A DNA stretch of 64,000 nucleotides from Candidatus Latescibacterota bacterium (GTDB lineage Bacteria; Latescibacterota; UBA2968; UBA8231). Position numbers and translations under genes: made by a program. The notes below the pieces were generated by a model. That model saw nothing but the letters and a program-made list of their open reading frames with translations, was not told the DNA's origin and ran no database searches. Below, piece after piece: positions 29,736 through 38,600 of the stretch. Numbering within the stretch: position 1 is the first letter of the stretch; each line of letters starts with the position of its first letter. The stretch spans positions 32,001 to 96,000 of the forward strand of contig OZ242214.1 in the NCBI GenBank assembly GCA_965206595.1. The letters are read 5' to 3'.

Positions 29736-30722
29736 ATGGAGAAACGGACTCTTGGCCGCACGGGACTCGAGGTCAGTGTGCTGGGAATGGGGGGACTCTA
29801 CGTCTCCGGCGCGGGTACCGGTGGCCGTGACGGATGCCGCGCCGTACACCGCGCCCTCGAGCTCGGCGTGAACTACGTGGATACGGCGCCCGCCTACCGC
29901 GACAGCGAAGAGGTTCTGGGCATCGCGCTCGAAGGTGTGACCCAGCCGTACTATCTCGCGACCAAGCTCGGCGGCCGCCCGGAGCCGTTCGATCCCCAGG
30001 ACAAGGATCTCCTGCGGCGGTCGGTCGATGAAAGCCTGCGGCTGCTCAAACGCGATGGTATCGACGTCCTGCTGATACATGAACCGGATCGCCCCGGTCA
30101 GTACGACTGGTGGACGGACTACGACCGTTTCCACGGACCGGTCTGCGATCTGCTGGAAGAGCTGAAGGCGGAGAAGATCATCCGCTTCACCGGACTCGGC
30201 GGCACCACCGCCTATCAGCTTCCCCTCATCATGGCGACCGGGAGCTACGACGTCGTCCTGACGGCGTTCAACTACAGCCTGCTCTGGCGGGAAGCGGCCA
30301 TCGCCGTCTTCCCCGAAGCCAGGCGGCGGAACATGGGCCTCGTCATCGGCTCGCCGCTTCAACAGGGCGCCCTGTCGCGGCGCTACCCCGAAATAGAAAC
30401 CGGGGCGCCGTGGCTGAGCCCGCCGCGACAGGAACAGTTTCGGCGGCTGTACGGGTTCCTGGATGAAACCGGACTGTCGCTGCCGGAGGCTGCGCTGCGC
30501 ATGATGGTGGCAAGCCCCGACGTCTCCACCGTCCTGATGGGAGCGCGGTCGGTGGAGGAGGTGGAAGAGAATGTGCGCGCGGTGGAAGCGGGGCCGCTGC
30601 CGGCGGATCTCCTCGGCGAGCTTCAGGAGATTGCGGACATGGTGCCGTTCCGGCCGGCTGAAGAGCCTTTCGGCCTGCCGTTCGGACGGCCGTACAAGGG
30701 CCCCGGCCATGCCGGCAGGTAG
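29736..30722 (+). CDS. Aldo/keto reductase
   Basis: RTLGRTGLEVSVLGMG, GVNYVDTAPAY, LATK, SLRLL..D.ID.LLIH. Confidence 0.93.
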   Translation: MEKRTLGRTGLEVSVLGMGGLYVSGAGTGGRDGCRAVHRALELGVNYVDTAPAYRDSEEVLGIALEGVTQPYYLATKLGGRPEPFDPQDKDLLRRSVDESLRLLKRDGIDVLLIHEPDRPGQYDWWTDYDRFHGPVCDLLEELKAEKIIRFTGLGGTTAYQLPLIMATGSYDVVLTAFNYSLLWREAAIAVFPEARRRNMGLVIGSPLQQGALSRRYPEIETGAPWLSPPRQEQFRRLYGFLDETGLSLPEAALRMMVASPDVSTVLMGARSVEEVEENVRAVEAGPLPADLLGELQEIADMVPFRPAEEPFGLPFGRPYKGPGHAGR

Positions 30723-30769
30723 GATCGGGAGAAGGCTGGATGGGAATGCGGGAAAGGGGCGCCTGTCAA

Positions 30770-31276
30770 CTATCCCGGTGAGGTGCGGTCGCGGACCTCG
30801 CGCAGGAACGCATCCAAAGCCCCGAGATCGCTCAGCACCGCCGGATGGGCATCGTCCAGGGTCGCCAGCAGAAAGTCGATGCGAGCCCAGTCGTACTCCA
30901 TCTCCACGTAGTAGCGGCGGAAGTGGCGAAAACGGAGCAACTCGCGGAGGCGGACGAGGTTGCCGTCCCCCACCACCTTCGTCCGTACCCCTTCGATCTC
31001 GAGGTTCATCTTTTCCAGCAGGGTGGAATGCCAACGCCCCTGCGGCAGGTCGTTCTCGAAGTAACCTGAGACCCGAACGAAGAAGGTTTCGAGGGCCGTA
31101 TAGTAGGTTTCCAGGTAGCCTGCGACGACCAGAGCGCTGTCATCGGTGCGGCCGATGCGGGGCAGCGTCGAGTCCCGGGCATGGCCGAGCTTGGAGTAGA
31201 TTGCCTCTACTCGTTCCCGCGCCTGCGCGAGCTCGGCGATCAGCTCGTCGATGCCGCGTTCAGGCCGGGTCTCCAT
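30770..31276 (-). CDS. HepT-like HEPN ribonuclease toxin
   Basis: YYTALETFF...WHSTLL...ELLRFRHFRRYY...YDW; directly downstream of an MNT gene. Confidence 0.8.
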   Translation of the reverse strand: METRPERGIDELIAELAQARERVEAIYSKLGHARDSTLPRIGRTDDSALVVAGYLETYYTALETFFVRVSGYFENDLPQGRWHSTLLEKMNLEIEGVRTKVVGDGNLVRLRELLRFRHFRRYYVEMEYDWARIDFLLATLDDAHPAVLSDLGALDAFLREVRDRTSPG

Positions 31277-31643
31277 CTTTCCATGCCACTCTGCCGAAGC
31301 GCCGGATGAGGTCGGCCCTTCCCGGATCGAGGCGCTCCATGACGACGAGGTCGACGTGGAAGTCGGTCATCGAATCCGCCTGGGACCGGATGGCCGCCAG
31401 GGTTTGTTCGTCGCAGTTCATCCCCTCGACGGCGATGTCGATATCCGAGATTTCCGAGAAGCGTTCGGTATGGACGAGGGACCCCCACTGGTAAATACGC
31501 GGGGGCCGGTACTGCGCGGCTATTGCGGAGATGATCCGGGCCGCGTCCCTCTGTGCGGACTGCAACCGACGGTGAAGAGCCTCTCGCCGCCGCTTGTGCC
31601 GGCTGACAACCCAGCGGGCGGCGGCGGCAGTATCGACAGCCAT
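31260..31643 (-). CDS. Minimal nucleotidyltransferase (MNT) antitoxin
   Basis: IYQWGSL...SDIDIAVEG...VDLV. Confidence 0.85.
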   Translation of the reverse strand: MAVDTAAAARWVVSRHKRRREALHRRLQSAQRDAARIISAIAAQYRPPRIYQWGSLVHTERFSEISDIDIAVEGMNCDEQTLAAIRSQADSMTDFHVDLVVMERLDPGRADLIRRFGRVAWKDGDPA

Positions 31644-31763
31644 ATTCCCTCTCAGGTGAACGCGATTAGCATACCTTCTGTGAATCCTCTGTCAAGAATA
31701 TCGAACGCAGGAACGGGACCGGCATGGCAGGCAGGTAGGCAGGTGTAGCAGGTAGAATGCGAA

Positions 31764-31799
31764 AAGCCTTCCGAAGGCATGGGAACCTTCGGAAGGCTT
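31764..31799. terminator. 14-bp perfect hairpin, likely terminator of the autotransporter gene
   Basis: AAGCCTTCCGAAGG-N8-CCTTCGGAAGGCTT, followed on the minus strand by a short T run. Confidence 0.55.
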
Positions 31800-31864
31800 G
31801 AAGAGCCGGAGACCGAAAGGAATCAGGTCTCAGGCAGTCGGCGCCGGCTGCGCCGGCGGATGCT

Positions 31865-34786
31865 TCACCGCAGCGCCAGGCGCAGCATGACCCCGTGGTC
31901 CGGAGGGGCGTTGCCGGCGGTGCTCTCGCGGCGCGTTCCCTCGATGCCCAGCTTCATCCCCTCCCGCTGCGGAAGCTCCAGCCGGCAGCCCAGGCGCACC
32001 TCGTGCAAGGCACCGTAATTCCCCACCCCCAGGTACGGCGTCCCCGTGCCCCGGCCGCCCAACAGCCCCAGCCCCCAGGCCGCCTCCGCCTCGAGACGGC
32101 CCGCCGCGTTGGCGGCCAGCCCCGCCAGCGTCTCGCGGTCCATAAGCGCCTCCACGCCGCCAGAAGACGACGTCCCCCACGAGGGCATCAGCGACACCGA
32201 CGGGCCCAGCTCCGAGGATGGCCGCGGGTCGAAGCGCAGCGAACCCGACAGCATGCAGTCCCGAAAGTCCGAAGCCTGGTGAGCCACCAGGCCGCGCACC
32301 GTCACCTGCGCCGTCAGGCCCCGCGCCGCGTCGGCAAACGCCGAACCGGCCCCGACCTCCACCCCGAAACCCGTCTCCGCGTCGCCGCCGTCGTGGCGCA
32401 GGCCCAGCTCCACCGTCGGCGTCAGCCACCCGCCTGCAAGCGCTACATCCAGGGAGCCCTCCAGACCCATACGCAGGCGGCTCACGTCGGCAACCGCCGG
32501 CGCAAGCAGGCCCGACGGGCTCGACCCCGCATCGGAGGTCGTGCGCACGAACAGCGCATCCGACTCGATTGCCAGCGACGGACCGCCCGCGGGTTCACCG
32601 GATACGAGGTCGGCCCTCACACCGGCCGCCGCCATCGCAAGGTCCATGCCGGTGCGGTACGACTCCCCGTCGTTCATCGTCAGCCTCAGGTCCCCCAGAC
32701 CGTATCCGGCGGTGCCCCACAGCGACACCTCCTGGGTTGGCTTGTAGCCGACATAGGGATACAGGCCGGTCAGCGAGGAGGCCAGGTTGCCGTCGCCGCG
32801 GCCGGGCGAACGCCAGCTGCCGTCCCCGCGGCTGTGCGACAGCGGCAGCCCCACCACCCAGGGCCCGACGGCGTAGTCGGCCCCGAACATCCCCGTCGTC
32901 ACCCCGCCGTCGAGGGACAGGGCGTCGGCGCTCCCGCCTATACTGGAATACGCTCCGCGGCCCCAGAGAGTGCCATGGCCGCTACCCGTCTGCCGGCTCA
33001 AGGTGAAGGCGCTTCCCGTCACCAGGTCGCGCAGGGCCGGGGACTGCGGCCGCAACCGGGCTTCGGCCGCCTCGCCGAACCGTTCCGGGGGCGTCGCGAA
33101 ACCGCCCTGCGGGGCGACTTCACTTGCGCCGACGGACGCATACGCCGCTTCCTCCCCTGCTACTCCGAGAGCATTGCCCGCGAATGTCGCCTGCACCCCC
33201 GGCTGGCGCGGCGCCTCCAGGCGCGCCTGTACGCCGTCGAGCACACGCTGGGCGGCAGTGCGGCCGAAGCGCGCCAGCCAGGCTTGCTGCAACGGATCCG
33301 CGTTCTCGATCGTCCCCGTCGCCGTGTCGTCGGCAATACGCGCCCCCGAGGCGTTGCTCAAGGTCAGCGTCAGGGTCTCCTCCCCCTCGTCGTGGGCATC
33401 GTCGAGAACCGCTATTGAAACCGTCTTGCGCGTCTCGCCCGCAGCGAAGGTGAGCGTTCCGTTCGCGGCTGTGTAGTCCTGGCCTGCCTGTGCGGTGCCG
33501 TCCGCGGTCGCGTAATCCACCGTCACCGTCTCCGAGGCCGTCCGGTTCAGCATCACCGTGAATTCGAGCGTTGCGTCCGCCGCCTCCGTCGTCCGCGCGT
33601 CCGCAACCGACAGCGCCGCCGCCCTTCCGGCGACGCAGTGGACCGACCCGTCCTCCAGGACGGTGCAGTTGACCGACCCGTCCACCTTGTGGCCGGGGTC
33701 GTCGGCCACGCCGGGGTAATAGCGATCTGCGGGCAACAAGCCCAAACTGGCGACGAGCGTGGGCACCCACCCGACGAATCCGGTGTCCGGCCCGCCCTCG
33801 TCAACGCTGATGCCGTTTGCGTCGCCATCGTCCAATTGCACCTGATACCGGTAGATCAACTCAGTCGTGAAGGAGCCGGACAGGTAGGCTGCCTGGCCAG
33901 CCACATCGCCGACCTGAATGCCAATGGACGATTCGCCCTGCACGTACACGGGCGTGTTGAACGTCAGGGCGATATCGATGTTTTCACCTACCAGGTAGGT
34001 GTCTCCGCCTGAGGGCGTCGATACGATCTCCGTCCTGTAGGCGCGGTGGTAACTGGGACGCCCCTTGACCTCTATCTTGAGAATCAAGCGAGAGCCCCAT
34101 TTCCAATCGGGATCGCCCGCGGTCCGAAAGCCGCAATGATCGTGGATTTCCCATCCTTCCTCGGCCCCGGGGTCGTCTTCACCGCTGTAGGTCGAGACGA
34201 ACTGGGCCAGGTTGTCATTTGCGCAACCTGCCGTGCAATCAAGCAGGAAGTAGTACTCCGTGTCCGGCTCCAGATAGGTGTTCTCAGGTGCCCACCACTC
34301 ATTGGCCGCATAGTCGTTCAACTGGCCTCTGGTGAGCTTGGCGACGCGGGTGAAGCCGGATTCATCCCAGAGGTAGATGCCTGCGTCCAGCGTCATGTAC
34401 CGGCTCTCATGGGTGTCGTGCACATGCAGCACGATGCTCGTCAATTCATACCCCCCGAGATTGGGGCCGGTTCTGAATGCCTGATTCAGTCCGTCCTGAG
34501 ACGCATTCAGCACTAACGCCCGGTCTGAGGATTGGTCGGTATTCTTCGCCAGCGTTCTGATCGGCGGATCGTACTCTTGAGCCGGGGCAGTCGCCGCGAC
34601 GACAAGGACGGTGGCCGCCCCCAGAAGCACGGTGCCAGCCCGGCTCGAGCGGCCTCGCCGTTGCAATTGCCGAATCCATCGCCTGGTCCTGGGGCCGAAG
34701 CGGCCTGCCTGTCGGGGTTGCGTGGTTCCTCCCCCGGCATCGGTCTCCCCCTGTCTCTGCAGGTCGACACCTGATATCCTGCTCAT
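31865..34786 (-). CDS. Autotransporter-like outer-membrane adhesin with Calx-beta domain (short paralog)
   Basis: Calx-beta TVTVDYATADGTAQAGQDY..FAAGET...DEGEETLTLTLSN; linker WLARFGRTAA; beta-barrel-like C-terminus LGLRHDGGDAETGFGVE...GVMLRLALR. Confidence 0.85.
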   Translation of the reverse strand: MSRISGVDLQRQGETDAGGGTTQPRQAGRFGPRTRRWIRQLQRRGRSSRAGTVLLGAATVLVVAATAPAQEYDPPIRTLAKNTDQSSDRALVLNASQDGLNQAFRTGPNLGGYELTSIVLHVHDTHESRYMTLDAGIYLWDESGFTRVAKLTRGQLNDYAANEWWAPENTYLEPDTEYYFLLDCTAGCANDNLAQFVSTYSGEDDPGAEEGWEIHDHCGFRTAGDPDWKWGSRLILKIEVKGRPSYHRAYRTEIVSTPSGGDTYLVGENIDIALTFNTPVYVQGESSIGIQVGDVAGQAAYLSGSFTTELIYRYQVQLDDGDANGISVDEGGPDTGFVGWVPTLVASLGLLPADRYYPGVADDPGHKVDGSVNCTVLEDGSVHCVAGRAAALSVADARTTEAADATLEFTVMLNRTASETVTVDYATADGTAQAGQDYTAANGTLTFAAGETRKTVSIAVLDDAHDEGEETLTLTLSNASGARIADDTATGTIENADPLQQAWLARFGRTAAQRVLDGVQARLEAPRQPGVQATFAGNALGVAGEEAAYASVGASEVAPQGGFATPPERFGEAAEARLRPQSPALRDLVTGSAFTLSRQTGSGHGTLWGRGAYSSIGGSADALSLDGGVTTGMFGADYAVGPWVVGLPLSHSRGDGSWRSPGRGDGNLASSLTGLYPYVGYKPTQEVSLWGTAGYGLGDLRLTMNDGESYRTGMDLAMAAAGVRADLVSGEPAGGPSLAIESDALFVRTTSDAGSSPSGLLAPAVADVSRLRMGLEGSLDVALAGGWLTPTVELGLRHDGGDAETGFGVEVGAGSAFADAARGLTAQVTVRGLVAHQASDFRDCMLSGSLRFDPRPSSELGPSVSLMPSWGTSSSGGVEALMDRETLAGLAANAAGRLEAEAAWGLGLLGGRGTGTPYLGVGNYGALHEVRLGCRLELPQREGMKLGIEGTRRESTAGNAPPDHGVMLRLALR

Positions 34787-34847
34787 GTCGCCCTCCCTCT
34801 CGGTAGGTTTCGCCAGAACGGAAATCGCTCTCGCATCCCATGCTGTC

Positions 34848-34862
34848 GCACGTACCGTGCCA
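34848..34862 (-). promoter_or_regulatory. Sigma-54 (-24/-12) promoter
   Basis: Minus strand TGGCACGGTACGTGC, about 60 nt upstream of the start codon. Confidence 0.7.
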
Positions 34863-35062
34863 GGCGCCGGAGGAATCGCCTAACCTCCTGATTTCAAAGG
34901 ACGTTAGAGGATCAGCACGGGAAGAACGGGATGGTGCCGAATTGATGCAGAATACAACGGTTCGAAAGCCGCGGAGAATCGGAAAGAGGAGATAACCCTC
35001 TGACAACGAGTGGCTTATGCGTGGTCGGCAAGGATGGGCGTGTTCGTGGCGATTTGCCGCGT

Positions 35063-35079
35063 TGTGGTATTTTACCACA
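35063..35079. promoter_or_regulatory. Candidate enhancer (bEBP) binding palindrome
   Basis: TGTGGTATTTTACCACA about 200 bp upstream of the sigma-54 site; conserved at 41106-41122. Confidence 0.55.
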
Positions 35080-35154
35080 CCCGCACCGGGACCGACGATG
35101 GGTCCGCCCTGGCCTCAGGTCCGGTCAGGTCTGGTCCGGTCGCCTCCGGCCCTG

Positions 35155-35240
35155 CGGTTCCCTTCTCCGGCAGCAGGTTGTACTTCTTCAAACTTCCTGC
35201 GCAGGGGCGTGCGATCGATGTCCAGCACCCGGGCGGCCCT
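35155..35240 (-). pseudogene. Duplicated 3' tip (Fis-type HTH) of the NtrC-family gene
   Basis: Similar to 41204-41285 (AARVLDIDRT.L.RK..KYNLLP), with a frameshift. Confidence 0.75.
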
Positions 35241-35641
35241 TTCCTGCTGTTGCCTGAAAGCCGCGTCATGTTCCTGGCGGGCGGAAATTGGCGCCCTTCC
35301 GCCCCCGGTGTGGCAAGAGGCCGAAGCCAGGCGGACCTGGAGGTCCCGCTACATCAGAGGGAGGACCGGATGGGAATCCTGACGGGAAGGGCCAGCGACT
35401 GCATGAAGGTCGCCGTGGCGGCGGCTGGGCGCGGGACCTGGAAAAGGTCCGGATGCGGGGGTGCGCGGAATCGAGCCGCGCCACCGCCCGGCGATCGGGC
35501 GCCTGCTCGAAGGCATCGACCGCCAGGCGCTCCCCCGCCGACTCGCCGGGGTTCACGCACCCGCGCACCGGGAGGCGCTGCGGTTCGAGAGCCCCCTGCC
35601 CGAGGACATTGCCCCGACCCTGCAGGGGGCCTCCAAACCCT

Positions 35642-38600
35642 TCACCGCAGCGCCAGGCGCAGCATGACCCCGTGGTCCGGCGCCTCGTTGTCGCCGGTGC
35701 TCTCGCGGCGCGTCCCCTCGATGCCCAGCTTCAGCCCTTCCCGGTTGGGCAGCTCCAGCCGACAGCCCAGGCGCACCTCGCGCAAGGCCGCGCTATTCCC
35801 CAGCCCCAGGTAGGGGGTCCCCGTGGCCCGACCGCCCAACACCGGCAGCCCGTAGGCTGCCTCGGCCTCTAGACGACCGGCCGCTGCAGCCCTGCTGTCC
35901 GCGGCCAGACCCGCCAGGGTTTCGCGGGCCATCAGCGCCGCCATTCCGCCCGGCGACGGCGCACCCCAGGAGGGCATCAGCGACACCGACGGGCCCAGCT
36001 CCGAGGACGGCCGCGGGTCGAAGCGCAGCGATCCCGACAGCCTCCAGTCCCGGAAGTCCGCGGCCTCGTGCGCCACCAGGCCGCGCACCATCAACTGCGC
36101 CGTCAGGCCTCGCGCCGCATCGGCAAACACCGAACCGCCGCCGATCTCCACCCCGAAACCGGTCTCCGCGTCGCCGCCGTCATGGCGCAGACCCAGCTCG
36201 ACCATCGGCCTCAGTAATTCACCCCCGGCAAGCGCCAGATCCAGGGAGCCCTCCAGGCCCAGCCGCAGGCGGCTGACGTCCGCCACGGCCGACGCCAGCA
36301 GGCCCGACGGGCCCGAGGCCGCCTCCGAGGTCGTGCGCACGAACAGGGCATCCGACTCGATTGCCAGCGAAGGACCGCCCGTCGGCCCTCCCGATACGAG
36401 GTCGCCCCGCACCCCGGCCGCAGCCATCGTCAGGTCCATGTCGGTCCGGTACGACTCCCCGTCCTTCAGCGTCAGCATCAGGTCGCCCTGACCGTAGCCC
36501 GCCATTCCCCACAGGGACAGACGCTCGGTGATGGCGAAGCCGGCGTAGGGATAGAGACCGGTCAGCGAGGAAGCCATGCTGCCGTCGCCGCGGTCCGAGG
36601 AATGCCAGCTGCCGTCCCCGCGGCTGTGCGACAGCGGCAGCCCCACCACCCAGGGACCGATGGCGTAATCGGCCCCGAACATCCCCGTCGTCACTCCTCC
36701 GTCGAGCGACAGGCCGTCGGCGCTGCCGCCGAAGCTGGAATACGCCCCGCCGCCCCAGAGGGTGCCCTGGCCTTCACCCCTCTGCCGGCTCAAGGTGAAC
36801 GCGCTTCCCGTCACCAGGTCGCGCAGCGTTGGCGACTGTGGCCTCACCCGGGACTCGGCCACGCTGCCGCCGAGCCGGGCGGAGGGCGTCACGAAGCGGC
36901 CCTGCGCGGCGACCGCACCGGCGCCGCCGGACGGAAACGCCGCTTCCTCACCTGCTGCCCCGAGAGTTTGGCCAGCAAACCTTGCCTGCATCCCCGACTC
37001 GCGCGGCGCCTCAAGGCGCGCCTGAACCCCGTCGAGCACGCGCTGGGCCGCGGTGCGGCCGAAGCGCGCCAGCCAGGCCCGCTGCAGGGGATCGTCGTTC
37101 TCGATCGTCCCGGTCGCCGTGTCGTCGGCGATGTGCGCCCCCGAGGCGTTGCTCAGGGTCAGCGTCAGCGTCTCCTCCCCCTCGTCGTGGGCGTCGTCGA
37201 GCACCGCGACCGATACCGTCTTCTGCGTCTCGCCCGGCGCGAAGGTCAGCGTGCCCACCGCCGCAGTGTAGTCCCGGCCCGCCGCTGCGGTGCCGTCCGC
37301 GGTGGCGAAATCCACCGTCACCGTCTCCGAGGCCTCCCTGCTCAGGCTGACCACGAACCCGAGGGTGGCGTCCGCCTCCTCCGTCACCCGCGCGGCGGCA
37401 ACCGACAGCGTCGCCAGCGCGTCCGGGCCCCGCACCTTGTGTGCCGGCTGCAGGCCTGCGGCGGCGAATTCAAGAGCTGCCTCCTCCCCGGTCTCGACGC
37501 TTCGGATCGCACCGCCGTTCAGGCGGATCGCCCCCGAGCCGATCTCGATCCCGTCGTCGTCCCCATCGTCCCTCCCGACCGTGTAGCCGAAGATGAGGGT
37601 CTGCGTGCTGTCTCCGCCGGCGATGTCGGCCCTCACTGTGCGCGCCGCGCCGGGATTCCCCAGGTCGAACTCGAGAAACGGACTTCCCGTTACCTGTACC
37701 CGCCGGGTGAAGGTCACCTGGATCTCGATGCGTTCGTCGTGCCCGTAGGTGTCCCCCGACGCCGGCCGGGAAACCACTTCGGGGAACCCATGGATCCGGA
37801 GCGGGCCGACCGCCTCGTCGTCGATCTCGACAACCACCAGGTCGGGCAGTTCGGTTCGACCCTCGTCATCGCTGAACAGGGAGTGGTGGAAGCGGCGCTC
37901 GCCGTGGAGCACATCGTCGTCCTGCAACGCCTCCACCGTGACAGAAACGGGCGCCTGCCAGTGCTGGACGTCCGAGAAGGTCTCGTTCTCGTCCGACGAG
38001 AACACCCAGGACTGGTCCCCGACCGGGATCAGATCGACATCGCCGGGACCGGTTTCCCGTCCAATCAGGACCCAGGCCGCCGGGCGCTCGTCGAGCTTGA
38101 GCTGGTAGGTCGCCTGCTCTCCTTCGCGCACCGTCAGCCGGAAGTCGGTGAGCGGGTTGCCCTCGCCGTCGAGGAAGGCGACGCCCACTTCGTCGTTGTC
38201 GACAATGACGATCCGCGACTGGCATGGACCGTCGCACGCCGTCCCGTCCGGACTGCGCACCTGAACCAGGTCGCTGAGCGCAGGATCCCGCGCCAAGCGT
38301 ACGGTGAAGTCCTCTTCGGGTTCGTCCGACTCGTCGTCGATCAGCTCCACCTCGATGTTCTTGCGCGCAACCCACCGGTCGGCGGCGGCCGAGAACTCCT
38401 CCGGGGTGAATGTCACCGTTGCCGCAACGGGGAGGTAATCCTCATCGGAAGCCGCGGTTCCGCTTTCCATCGAAAGGATCACCTCATGGCTCCGATTCGG
38501 CGCCGGAAGCCCGGGCTGCGTCTCCATGATCACCTCGAAGCTCCCCTCCGCGCCGGTGCCCTCGTCAAGGCGGTACACGGCGCGGCCGAGCCGTGCGATG

